The notes under the pieces: model-generated
The model's input: the letters and a program-made list of their open reading frames with translations, nothing else
Database searches by the model: none
Told to the model about the DNA's origin: nothing
Shown: positions 1 to 10,638 of the stretch, in pieces
How the letters are laid out: each line of letters starts with the position of its first letter
How positions within the stretch are numbered: position 1 is the first letter of the stretch
Translations under genes and position numbers: made by a program
From: an uncultured Planctomycetaceae bacterium
GTDB taxonomy: Bacteria > Planctomycetota > Planctomycetia > Planctomycetales > Planctomycetaceae
Reading direction: 5' to 3'
Assembly: GCA_963813715.1 (NCBI GenBank)
Contig: CAWFAK010000017.1
Span: forward strand, 832,001-896,000
Length of the DNA: 64,000 nt

Positions 1-3000
1 CACGCCCTCGATCGCCCAAGCACGCGCTGTGGAATCGCGGTCCTTTTCTGGGGTGTCCGGAAAGAAGAATCCGTGCGTGCATACGACGAGGCACGACGCT
101 TGAGGCGCTCGCGTTATGAAGGCTCGCTTCGTCGCCTCCTTGCGCGTGAGGACGTCGGCCCGTTCGCCGCTGAACGTGGCGTGGAACAACTCGTCCACGG
201 CCTTAATCTCGACCGCGGTTCCCGGCAGATCGGGAAAATGATACGGGCCCACCTTGGCATCTGGATCGAGCGTTGCTCCGAAATCGATATCGCCAAACGC
301 CAGCAAATTGGGCTTCGCGTGCGCTCCCGGGCTCGTTTGCAGAAGCTCGGGAAGCAATTGCGGCACGGGAACAGTTGCAAATGCATACTGCTCGATGAGG
401 AACGTGCCGGGTTTGTTTCCCGGAAGGGCCCCCCAGGGTAGCCCGTTCAGCGGCCCATCCGGGGAGACGAGAACGACTTGGATCCCATCCAGCTTCGGCT
501 CGAGCGGTTTCCATAACCGGTCGCGCAATTCCAACCCGATGGACGGATTACTGATGGCAGGCCATCCGGCGCCGCCATATGTTGCACGCCATGCGTCGAT
601 TTTCCGCTTGAGATCATCGGACGACCCCAGTGGCACGAGAATGATTTGAGGAAGGTCCGGCGCAGGACGAAGGCCACGACTCGATTATCTTCGACGCCAT
701 CGCTTTTCCCCGCGGGATGAGAAGAGAGGTGGTCGTACTCGATGATATCGACGAGTGCGGTTTGAGGCGGCAATATTCCCCGGATCTGTTTGGCGTCGAC
801 GCTGGCCCGTTGTTGAAAGAGCTGGTAAGCCCGGCTGCGCTCGGTCAATTGCCGCTCCAAGGAACCTCGCTCGGACGACACCTTTTCGATGAGTGCCGTG
901 TTATCGTTTGCCGGCGGCGAGCCGCCGACGATCGACAGGCTCAGAGCTTGCTCGTTCACCTGCTGTAATCGGTCCAACAAGTGCTTTGTCTCTGCATCGG
1001 CGTTGTCGCGCGCCTGGCGCGCCGAGCGCAGCTGAGCGGTCACTCCTCCCTTCACGCGCAACACCCGGTCATAAATGGGACCGGGGTACGCCTTTGTACG
1101 GAGCGCTGCACAAACCAAGTGGCTGACCGTAGAGTGCGACGCAGCGGCTGTCGCAAGCTGCTCTTGCTCGGCTTGGGAGACGGACATTCGGAGCTGTTCA
1201 GCCTGGTAGAGATCGGCTGCTTCCTCGAGCACAGGAACCGCCCCTGCGGGCTGGGTTTCCGCCAGCAGCATTAACCGGCCGAGATCTGAAAGGCCTTTGG
1301 CAATCAGTGGGTGACCCTTGGGCAGCGACTTTCGCCAGGTTGCCAGCCCCTCATCAATATCGGCGCGAGCCTGCCTGTAATTGCCCTGTAGCTCGTCCAC
1401 GATTGCCAGGTTAATGAAACACTTGCCGATGTCCGGATGGGTTTTCGAGAGGACCTTTTGGCGAATAGTCAACGCCTCAAGATGGCTCTTGCGCACTGCT
1501 GCGTAATCCCCTAACGCGTTTTGGGCGGTTCCGAGATTGTCGAGGCCGATCGCGACGTAAGCATCATCTGGTCCGACCGCCTTGCGATAGATGGCGACAG
1601 CCTCTGCGAAGCTGTCGCGGGCTGACGCGCGGTCTTCTTCTACGCTGCCCAGATTGTTGAGGCTCGACGCGATGTCGACGTGATCCTTAGGAAGGGCTTT
1701 GCGACGGATGGCTAAAGCCTCCAGGTAGCTCTTCCTGGCCGACGCGTTGTCATTCAAATCGTGTTGGATGTTTCCCAAGTTGTTGAGACAGTGAGCGATG
1801 TCGAGTTCGTGATTTCCGGGAAGCGTCCTCCAGATTGAGAGCGCCTCTTCAAAGCTTCTCCGGGCGGAGACGAAGTCACGCAAGTGCCATTGCTCAAGCC
1901 CCAGCGAGTTCAGCTTGTTTGCGACATCGGGATGTCCATTAGGCAGCAAGTTTCGGCGCGTCGCAAATGCTTCCTGATTTTCGCGGGCCGATGTATAGTC
2001 ACCCAATTCCTGTTGGATCCGTCCGAGATTACCGACCACGTCTGCAATGGGACTGCCACTCTTGGATCTCGCTTTGCGGCTAATTGCCGCAGCTTGCGCA
2101 AGCTTTCCACGGCGGCTGGCCAGTCGCCCGACTCCCGTTGCACTGTTCCAATGTTAACGAGGCGGGCCGCGATGTCGGGATCATCGTCCGGCAACGATTG
2201 CCGACGGATTGCCAATGCCTCTTCCTGGCAACGTCGTGACGAAGCATATTCGTGGCACTGTCGATGCAAATCTCCCAGGCAGTCGAGAGTCGTCACAATG
2301 TTGGGGTGGTTTCTGGGCAGAACCTTACGGCCCATCGCCAACGCGGCCTGAAAGGCCTTGATTGCCGAGCTTCTGTCACCCGATTCCCGTTGTACGATTG
2401 CGATGTTAAGCAGCCGGCCCGCGATGTCGGGATCGTCGTCGGGCAACGATTGACGACGGATTGCCAATGCCTCTTCCTGGCAGCGTCGTGACGACGCGTA
2501 CTCGTGGCGTTGTCGATATAAATCCGCCAGCGAGTCGAGAGCTGTTACAACATTGGGGTGGTTTCTGGGCAGAGTCTTGCGGGCGACGGCCAATGCTTGT
2601 TCGTAGCTTTCACGAGCGGCCGCGTCATATCCCAGAATCGCTTCCCCCCGGCCGAGGTTGCGAAGGCCTTCGACAAACTCGGCGTGAATTTTGGTCAAGG
2701 CTTTGGCACGGTTAGCCAGCGCTTCTTCATGGCTCTTTCGCGCGTCGGCGGCTTCGCCCAATTCACGCTCCACGGCTGCCACACATTCTAGGCTCAGGGC
2801 GATGTCCAGATAATTCGGAGCGGGGATTTTGCGCCGAATCTCAAGCGCCTCCGCATAGGTCTTGCGTGCCGAGGCGTAATCGTGAAGAAACCACTGAACG
2901 TTGCCAATCGTTTGGAGCCGAGTAGCCATTTCGGCATCGTCCTTCGCCACAGTCTTACGGCGAATCGTTAATTCTCGTTCAAGACTTTCGCGGGCAGCGG

Positions 3001-4429
3001 CGTAATCGCCCGCTTCCTCTTGTTCACGTCCCAGTTTGCTGAGCAACTCGGCAATGTTACTGCGGTTTTTGGCCGGCGCGTTCTTGCAAATGGCCGCCGC
3101 TTGCCGCAAGCTGCGAGTAGCTGATTCCCTGTCACCCGATTCTCGTTGCACGATTGCAATATTGATCAGCCGGGCCGCAATGTCGGGATCGTCGTTCGGC
3201 AACGATTGACGACGGATTGCCAATGCCTCTTCCTGGCACCTGCGCGACGACGCGAACTCGCGGCGCTCTCGATGCAAGTCCCCCAGGCAGTCGAGAATCG
3301 TAGCACAGGCGTGGTTTCGGGGGAGGACCTTGCGAGCGATCGCTAAAGATTGCTCGAAGCTCTTGAGTGCCGATTCGCCGTCGCCCGCTGCTCTTTGCAC
3401 GACTGCCAGATCGAAGAGCCGACGGCCAATATCGACGTCGTCGTCCCGAATCGACTTTCTGCGAATGGCCAGCGCCTCCTCGTAACGCTTGCGGGCGGAC
3501 GCGTAATCGTGCAGGTTGCGTTCGGCCATTGACACGCTATCCAGACACGTAACAAGGTAGGGATGGTCTCCGGGCAGCAGCGCACGGGCGATGGCGAGCT
3601 TCTCAAGAAAATACTTGCGAGACACGGTGTCACGGTGCAGGCTCGCTTCCAAGCGGCCCAATTCGTCCAGGCTGTTGGCGACGTCCGGGTGCATTTCTCC
3701 AAGGATCTCCCGCCGGAGGGAGAGCGCCCTTTCGTTAAGTTCGCGAGCTTTTGGCAAATCGCCGACGGAGCAGCACTGGCGGGCGAATTGATGAACCGCG
3801 TCGGCCACCAGCCAATGCTTGGGGCCGAGCAGCGCGCGCCGAGTCTCGAGAACCTCTTGGGAGAGTGCTCGTGCCTCCTTCAGATTCTTCTTCTCAGTGA
3901 GCCGGTCGATGGTTTGAGCCTTATCGTCGGCGTCCCAAAGCTGTTGCCGCTCTGTTGGCTGCAACCGGGCCAGTGTGTTGGTTAACTGCAAGGCACGGCG
4001 GGCGTCAGCGGCCATATAATGCTGTTTGCCGTATTGCCGGCACCGAATCGAAATGAGCTCCTCGCGAGCCTTGATCGCCGACGGCCAATCCTCGAGCCGC
4101 TCGTCGAGTCTGGCCGAAATCGCCAGCGCATCGGCCAGCTCCACCGATGCGTCACCGAAGAGTTGCCGGACGATTTCGAGATCGCGCTTCGTCGACGTTT
4201 TCGATTCGCGATATTTCCTTGCTGCAAGAAGGCTCGCGATCTCCCGGTCGAGTCGTTCCTTCTCGGCCAGAAGCCGCTTACGCTGCGCGTCCGAAAGCGA
4301 CCCGTGGGCCTTCGTCACGGGACGGTCGTACCCACGAGTCGCCATCGGCGAAATCGTGACCGAAACCGTCAATATCATCAACGCACAGACAATTCCGCCC
4401 AGGCTCTGCCCTCTCATTGGCTTCGACAT
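1..4429 (-). CDS. Exported TPR-repeat + CHAT (caspase-like C14/HetF) protease; 3' end runs off the window; split by two apparent 1-nt indels (~2097, ~660)
   Basis: ORFs 1910..4474 and 447..2039 are 42-aa TPR arrays. The third frame below ~650 reads VLVSPDGPLNGLPWGALPG...GDIDFG...LPGTAVEI...EATK...VVCTHGFF, matching the CHAT domain of the 5626..10143 paralog. N-terminus MSKPMRGQSLGGIVCALMILTVSV is hydrophobic. Confidence 0.88.
2110..3410 (-). repeat. Three highly similar ~252-nt (two-TPR) intragenic repeat units
   Basis: ATGTCGGGATC(A/G)TCGT..GGCAACGATTG.CGACGGATTGCCAATGCCTCTTCCTGGCA recurs at ~2172, ~2424 and ~3180 (offsets 252 and 756). Confidence 0.85.
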
Positions 4430-4558
4430 CGCTGCTCCCGACTCGCGACGGCAAGCAAAGCACGCCATCAACAACCTAGCAGGACGTGTTCACGAATTCA
4501 AAAAGAACGTCGAGTTTTCCCGCGAGCGGTGACAGTTTCTCCCAACTGCACCGATTCC

Positions 4559-5091
4559 TGTCATTGGGCGCGTGAGACCGGCCACTGATGGGCGCGTTAA
4601 AACCGGCCAGTCCATAGGGGTGATTGGTTCCTTATCCTCTTTCGACGTGTGCTCCGCAAGCCGTTTTCGAACACTCGCAAGCAGATGTTTGTCCACCCGA
4701 GCCGGCGCCGCAGGATGATCTCGAACAAGAACTCGCCAGATCGCTTCGGCAATTTCTTGATCCCCATGTCATCCAGGATCAGCAGGTCGGGCTTGAGATA
4801 GCGGGCCATCACCTTGTCATGGTTCTCGAAGGCCTCGTCGTGCAACAGGTCGCGCACGGCGTCGAAGATCGAGCGATACAGCACGCTGAACCCGGCTCTC
4901 ACCAGGGTCAGCCCGATCGCCTGACACAAGTGGCTCTTCCCGACCCCGGTCGGCCCGACCAACAGGGCATTGCGTCGCTGGCGGACGAACGCGCCGGCCG
5001 CCAGATCGAAGAACTGCTTCCGCTTGATCGTTCGGTTGCGCCGACGAACACGCTTCCTCATCAATGGCCGGTTTTCACGAGCCCCATGCCA
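4559..5091 (-). mobile_element. istB: Internally deleted IS21-family element with both terminal inverted repeats and an istB fragment
   Basis: Ends TGTCATTGGGCGCGTGAGACCGGCCACTGATG (4559) and, on the - strand, TGGCATGGGGCTCGTGAAAACCGGCCATTGATG (5091). Second subterminal repeat at 4589-4609. Internal frame NALLVGPTGVGKSHL...PDLLILDDMG...LFEII is an IstB-type AAA ATPase. Confidence 0.8.
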
Positions 5092-5099
5092 GGGAACAG

Positions 5100-5503
5100 G
5101 GAAAAATGTATGGCAAGCGATATGGAGCTGAGCAGCCAAGCGGATGAAGGACCTGGAGAAGGAGAATGCTCGGTTGAACCGGCTTTTGGCGGATGCTGAG
5201 CTGGACAAGCCATTCCTCGCAACGCGGTTTCGGGAAACTTTTGGGCCCGGCGAAGCGCTCGCAAGCCGTGCAACACGTGCGGAGTTCGCCGGGCCCGGAG
5301 CAAGTCTCTGAGCGTTGAGTCCGTCGGGTGCTGGCACAGCCTCGTGCCACCCAAAGGCGCCAGCGACAGGACCGGACGGCGAGCCTCGACTCATCGACGA
5401 GGTGTCGGCGCTGGCCACGCAGCACGGTCGGTACGGATATCGTCGGGTGACGAAGCTGCTTCATCGAAAGGGATGGCCAGCGAACCACAAGCGGATTGAA
5501 TGA
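5100..5503 (+). mobile_element. IS3-family transposase remnant (orfA C-terminus and orfB N-terminus), degraded
   Basis: Frames read MKDLEKENARLNRLLADAELDK (OrfA tail) and ALATQHGRYGYRRVTKLLHRKGWPANHKRIE (OrfB HTH). Contains stops; no DDE core. Confidence 0.8.
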
Positions 5504-5625
5504 GATTCGGCTGAAAAAGATCGCGGTGCCCGCTGCGGCATGTATCTTGTTGAAACTCTCGCATTTCCCTTTGAGATCCGGCACTCACGGTGTTAGCCTC
5601 GTGAGCGTTCTGATTCTTTCCTTTC

Positions 5626-8600
5626 GTGGGGGTTCCGGTGTTTTGCCGTTGTGGTGTGCGCAGGCGTTGCGGCGTTCGCGATGCTCTGCTGCTGCTCGTG
5701 TTCGTGCCGCTGACTTCTAGGGAAGTGTTGACGGCCGTTGCGGCACCACCAGACTCCGGCCCGCCGCGCTCAGCACGGACGGCGGGTCAGCCCGCCGCAG
5801 CTATCGATCCGGCGGAGGCCGAATTCCAGCGGAAGGCCCAACAAGCGGATCAGCTGTTGACAGAGGGGAAGATCGCGGACGCGATTGCAACTGGGCAAAA
5901 GGCGCTTGGGCTTTCTCGCCAACTCCACGGAAACTCGTCCGAGCCAGTTGCGGCCGGACTGGATTGGTTGGCTCCGCTTTACGTACGTCGCGAAGAGTGG
6001 ACATCCGCGCGGCAAGCACGCGAAGAAGCGCTCGCGATCCGCAGTCAGTTATATGGCGGCAAGGATTGGCGGGTGACGAATGCTCGGCTGGCACTGCATG
6101 ACGTTGAGAGCCGCTCGCGATTGACCGCTGAACAACAAAGCGAGCTCATGCAAGTCGACAAAGCCGATTCGCAGGGGGGCGCCCTTTATCGTAGGGGAGA
6201 GTTCGCCAAAGCCCTTCCATTTGCGACGCAGTCACTCGACATCAATAGACGAATCCTGGGCGAACAGAATCCGTCGACCGCCGTCAGCCTTACCAACCTG
6301 GCAGAGATCTACCGGTCGATGGGGCAATACGCGAACGCGGAATCACTTTATCGACAGGCAATCGAGATTCGAAAGGCGGCCTTTGGCGAAAAACACCCGG
6401 AGACGACCACCAGCGTCTACAACCTGGCAATGCTCTTCCAATCAAAGAGAGACTACGCGCGCGCCGAACCCCTTTTTCAGCAGGCGTGCGAGGCCTGGAA
6501 ACAAACTCTCGGTGAGTCACACCCCGCCTTCGTTACAGGACTCAACGGCCTGGCCGAGTTTTATCATTTAACGGGAAACTACGCGAAGGCTGAGCCGCTC
6601 TTTCTGCAGGCGCTCGACATCCGCAAGAAAACGCTGGGCGAAAAGCATCCCGATACGGCCGCGAGCCTGTACAATCTGGCGATTTTTTACCAATCCAAAA
6701 GAGATTTTTCCCATGCGGAGCACGGTTATCAAACAGCGGTCGCCATCTGGCGCGAGGTTCTCGGCGCAAACCATCCTTTATACGCAGCCGGTGTTGGCCG
6801 TCTCGCCGGCCTGTACCAGTCGATGGGAAACTATACGAAGGCCGAGCAGCAACTGCGGGAGTTGCTCGAGATTCAAAAGAAAGGGCTTGGCGAGAACAAA
6901 CCCGAAGTCGTAACGACCCTCAACAGCTTGGCGTCCTTATACGCCTATTCGATGCATCAATATACGAAGGCCGAGCCTTGTTTTCAGCGAGCGGCGGAGA
7001 TCTCGAAGACGATTGCGGGGGACAAAGACCCATACTACGCCTCAAATCTCGAACACTTGGCCGGAATGTACCAGGCGATTGGGAGTTGCACGAAAGCCGA
7101 GCCCCTCTTTCGTAAGGCTCTGGAAATCCGCACGAAAGCCTTGGGCGAAGAGCATCCGTTAACCGGCATGGTTCGCCGGCGGCTTGCCATACTTTACGGC
7201 GCCATGCAGCAACACGCCAAAGAAGCGGAGCTGGAGCGGCAGTCACTGGAAATCAATCAGAGAGTCTTCGGTGAAATGCATCCGGAGACCGCTAAGAGCC
7301 TGGACAGTCTCGCCGCTTCGTATCGGTTGATGGGCGAAAATGCGAAAGCGGAACCGCTCACCCGACAAGCCCTTGAGATCCGTCGGAAACTTTACGGGGA
7401 ACAACACCCCGAATATGCGGTCGGCCTCGACAATCTCGCTGCGCTCTACCAGTCGATGGGGGACTACGCACAGGCAGAGCCGTTGTATCGGCAGGCGCTC
7501 GAGATTCAAACAAAAGTCTTAGGCGAGCATCACCCTCAAACGGCCGCCAGCCTGCGAGGTCTCGCGTTGGTGTACACTTTGGTCGGAGATGTCGCGAAGG
7601 GCGAGCAACTCTTTCGTCGCGCGATGGATGCCTCGAATAAGCTCATCGTCGGCGTCAAGCAACCGGACACGGCTCAGAGCCTGACTGATCAGGCGGGGCT
7701 ATACCAGACGATGGGGGAGTACGCCAAGGCGGAGCCGCTGTTTCAACAGGCGGTGGAGATTCGCAGAAAAACGCTCGGCGAGAGCCATCCCGATACGGCC
7801 GCGAGCCTGGCGAGCCTGGCTTCGCTGTACGGGTCGAAGAAAGAATACCAAAAGGCGGAGGCTCTGTGGCTGAGAGTCATCGATATCCGCAAGGAGGTCC
7901 TCGGCGAGGATAACCCGCAATATGTCCACTCTCTGATGTACCTTGGCATGATGTACAACGAGGCGGGGGATTACACGAAGGCCTTGCCATTGCAGCGGCG
8001 GCTTTTTGAAATCCAAAAGCGATTACTGGGAGAAAAGCACCCGCAGACGATCGGTAGCCTGGGCTTGTTGGCCTCTGCGTACCAGTCGGCAGGTGACTAC
8101 ACCAAGGCCGAATCTCTTTATCAGCGGGAATTAGAGCTCCATACGACGAGTTTGGGGGAGACGCATCCATTCACGGTCATGGATCGTCGGAGCATGGCCC
8201 TGCTGTACGTCGCAATGCGGGAATACAGGAAGGGGGAGGCTTTGCTGCGGCCAGCGGTAGAAAACGCCCAGCATCAACTGGTCAACACCTTTGGCATTCT
8301 TTCCGAACAAGAGCAGCTGGTCTTCAAGAAACAGTCGAGATTGAACCTCGACGCCTACCTCTCAATTACGGGAGCGACAGAGTATCGTGCGGCCACTGAG
8401 CTACAGCGGCTCAACGATGCCGACGTATACCGGTACGTTCTTCTCGATAAGGGAATCGTGGCAGCCCAACAGTCGTTCATTCACGCCATGCTCCGCACGA
8501 AGGAATTGGCTCCCCTATTCGAGAAACTCGGCCGAATCAGCCGCCGGCTGAAAGCGTTGCAACTCTCTCCGCCTGGTCGGCCCGAGAGCTTGGCGGACTG

Positions 8601-10143
8601 GCGAAATGAGCTTGCCCGTCTCGAAGAGGAGCGTGGCGCGGCGCAGCAGACGCTAGCCGCACAGAGCGGTGAATTCCGCCGCCTCGAACAGTCGTTGCAG
8701 GCGGATACCGATCAGGTGGACAAATTGCGCAGGCTACTACCTGGCAATGTCGCTCTTGTCGACATGCTTGAGTACACCGATTTCAGTCCTCCCACGGCGC
8801 GTCAGGGGCCACTCAACCAAGGGCGCCGTTTTGTTGCGTTCGTCGTTCGCCGCGATGCTCCGGTCAAGCGCATCGACTTGGGCCCCGCGAAGCCGCTTGC
8901 TGACGCCGTCGGCCGGTGGCGGCAGTCGATCACCAACGGCGGCGGGCGTGCCAATTCCAACCTTGGGCCGCGGTCCGGAAACGTCGCCGCGGAACAACCG
9001 CAAATGTACTTGCGCGAGCATCTGATCGATCCGCTGTGGCAGTACCTTCAAGGCGTGGACCTGGTGCTCATTTCCCCCGATGGAATCCTCAGCCAGTTGC
9101 CCTTCGGAGCGCTGCCGGGCAGTAAGAACGGGAAGCCATATCTGCTCGAGGAAATTCAGCTGGCGATCGTGCCGGTGCCTCGCGAGCTGCCTCAATTTCT
9201 GAGTTTGACCTCCGGCGCAAAAGCGTTCGCAGAGCCGTCCCTGTTATTGGTGGGAGACGTCGATTTCGGAAGTGCTCCACGCGTGATGCCGACGGCCCGC
9301 AACAACACAGCACTGGATCGGTTGGCACACCGCTCGGCGGTGCGCGGCCCTAAGGGGTATTTTTTTAAGCCCTTGCCGGGAACGCGGGCTGAGATCGATG
9401 GAATCAAGGCCACGTTCTGCCGCCAATTCGGCGCCCGGAACCTGCAAGTCCTGACAAGATCCGAGGCGACTGCCGAGGCTTTTCGAGCGGAAGCTCCACG
9501 CCACCGATGGGTTCATCTGGCGACACACGGCTTCTTCTCGCCCGAAAGCATTCCTTCCGCGTTGAGTCCCATCGACGAGAGTCGCCAGGATGATTCCGGA
9601 GACGCATTTGACCAACGCCGACGAGTTCAGGGGTGCGATCCGGCGCTCTTGTCCGGCGTCGCCTTCGCAGGAGCAAACCAGGACTGGCAACCCGCGTCGC
9701 TCGGCGCGGCAGATTCCGGCAACGAAGCCGATGAGGGCATTCTGACCGCTTTGGAAGTCGTCGAGCTGGACTTGCGAAGCGTCGAGCTGGTCGTTCTGTC
9801 GGCCTGCGAAACGGGACTCGGGCGCGTTGCCGGAGGCGAAGGGGTGCTTGGTCTGCAACGCGCGTTTCAAACCGCGGGCGCCAAAGGCTGTATCACGAGT
9901 TTGTGGAAAGTGGACGACTCGGCAACGCAAGTTTTGATGACCGAGTTCTACCGAAATCTGTGGGAACGAAAACTCGGGAAGCTGGAAGCATTGCGGCGGG
10001 CGCAATTGACCATGCTGCGACGTTACGACCCGGGAAAGCAGCAGCTGCGTGGGCTGGACATCCCCGGCGAAACAGCCGGGGCCCCCCAGCACGGTTCACC
10101 ATTTTATTGGGCCGGATTCGCGCTTTCCGGCGACTGGCGGTAA
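5626..10143 (+). CDS. Large TPR-repeat + CHAT (caspase-like) protease with N-terminal signal/TM segment
   Basis: 1505-aa intact ORF; many 42-aa TPR units (LGEKHPDTAASLYNLA...); CHAT motifs ISPDGILSQLPF, HLATHG, LVVLSACETG, SLWKVDD, PFYWAGF. Confidence 0.93.
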   Translation: MGVPVFCRCGVRRRCGVRDALLLLVFVPLTSREVLTAVAAPPDSGPPRSARTAGQPAAAIDPAEAEFQRKAQQADQLLTEGKIADAIATGQKALGLSRQLHGNSSEPVAAGLDWLAPLYVRREEWTSARQAREEALAIRSQLYGGKDWRVTNARLALHDVESRSRLTAEQQSELMQVDKADSQGGALYRRGEFAKALPFATQSLDINRRILGEQNPSTAVSLTNLAEIYRSMGQYANAESLYRQAIEIRKAAFGEKHPETTTSVYNLAMLFQSKRDYARAEPLFQQACEAWKQTLGESHPAFVTGLNGLAEFYHLTGNYAKAEPLFLQALDIRKKTLGEKHPDTAASLYNLAIFYQSKRDFSHAEHGYQTAVAIWREVLGANHPLYAAGVGRLAGLYQSMGNYTKAEQQLRELLEIQKKGLGENKPEVVTTLNSLASLYAYSMHQYTKAEPCFQRAAEISKTIAGDKDPYYASNLEHLAGMYQAIGSCTKAEPLFRKALEIRTKALGEEHPLTGMVRRRLAILYGAMQQHAKEAELERQSLEINQRVFGEMHPETAKSLDSLAASYRLMGENAKAEPLTRQALEIRRKLYGEQHPEYAVGLDNLAALYQSMGDYAQAEPLYRQALEIQTKVLGEHHPQTAASLRGLALVYTLVGDVAKGEQLFRRAMDASNKLIVGVKQPDTAQSLTDQAGLYQTMGEYAKAEPLFQQAVEIRRKTLGESHPDTAASLASLASLYGSKKEYQKAEALWLRVIDIRKEVLGEDNPQYVHSLMYLGMMYNEAGDYTKALPLQRRLFEIQKRLLGEKHPQTIGSLGLLASAYQSAGDYTKAESLYQRELELHTTSLGETHPFTVMDRRSMALLYVAMREYRKGEALLRPAVENAQHQLVNTFGILSEQEQLVFKKQSRLNLDAYLSITGATEYRAATELQRLNDADVYRYVLLDKGIVAAQQSFIHAMLRTKELAPLFEKLGRISRRLKALQLSPPGRPESLADWRNELARLEEERGAAQQTLAAQSGEFRRLEQSLQADTDQVDKLRRLLPGNVALVDMLEYTDFSPPTARQGPLNQGRRFVAFVVRRDAPVKRIDLGPAKPLADAVGRWRQSITNGGGRANSNLGPRSGNVAAEQPQMYLREHLIDPLWQYLQGVDLVLISPDGILSQLPFGALPGSKNGKPYLLEEIQLAIVPVPRELPQFLSLTSGAKAFAEPSLLLVGDVDFGSAPRVMPTARNNTALDRLAHRSAVRGPKGYFFKPLPGTRAEIDGIKATFCRQFGARNLQVLTRSEATAEAFRAEAPRHRWVHLATHGFFSPESIPSALSPIDESRQDDSGDAFDQRRRVQGCDPALLSGVAFAGANQDWQPASLGAADSGNEADEGILTALEVVELDLRSVELVVLSACETGLGRVAGGEGVLGLQRAFQTAGAKGCITSLWKVDDSATQVLMTEFYRNLWERKLGKLEALRRAQLTMLRRYDPGKQQLRGLDIPGETAGAPQHGSPFYWAGFALSGDWR

Positions 10144-10439
10144 AGTCGCTAATCGACACGACGGCTCCGCTGGCGAAGCGAACTTTTCTTTGAATTCGCC
10201 GTACGGGATTGATAGTTTCAGGATGCCGCGCGTGCCGCTTGCCCATTGAAGGAGCTTTCTGTGCGGGCTTCAAGAAGATGGCAGTCGGTTGGTTACAAAC
10301 CCGGCGTCGCGTGCCAAACGGTCGCGTTGGCATTTGCCTCGTCGCGACGTTCGCCAGCCATGCTGTCGCCGACCCGCCTGCCGCGCAGAAGCCGGCCGTC
10401 CTTTCGAGCGCCGAGCGCACAGCTTCGGATTGGGAAAAA

Positions 10440-10515
10440 TCGGGACGACAGGATTTGAACCTGCGACCTCTTGCACCCCAAGCAAGCGCGCTAATCCAGG
10501 CTGCGCCACGTCCCG
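10440..10515 (-). tRNA. tRNA-Pro(GGG), CCA not encoded
   Basis: CGGGACG TGGCGCAGCCTGGATTAGCGC G CTTGC-TTGGGGT-GCAAG AGGTC GCAGG-TTCAAAT-CCTGT CGTCCCG A folds as a cloverleaf. Confidence 0.96.
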
Positions 10516-10638
10516 TTTGTGTGAGGCGACTAAGTTATCGCAACGCTTCCACCTCTTTGCAAGGCCGGCTTCTGTTGCCGGCGGTGCGGACGAATTGGGC
10601 TTTTTTCGGGGGCGCGATGCTCAACTGCCGCAGGGTGA

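Noticed and set aside
4597..5418. 273-aa ORF as a complete IstB
   Set aside because: Only the middle ~110 aa are IstB-like; the N-terminal part is antisense IS3 sequence and the C-terminal motifs are missing.
2110..8200. Regular repeats that might suggest a CRISPR array or DGR template/variable repeats
   Set aside because: They are in-frame 126-nt TPR units inside CDSs; no spacers, cas genes or reverse transcriptase, and the differences are not obviously adenine-specific.
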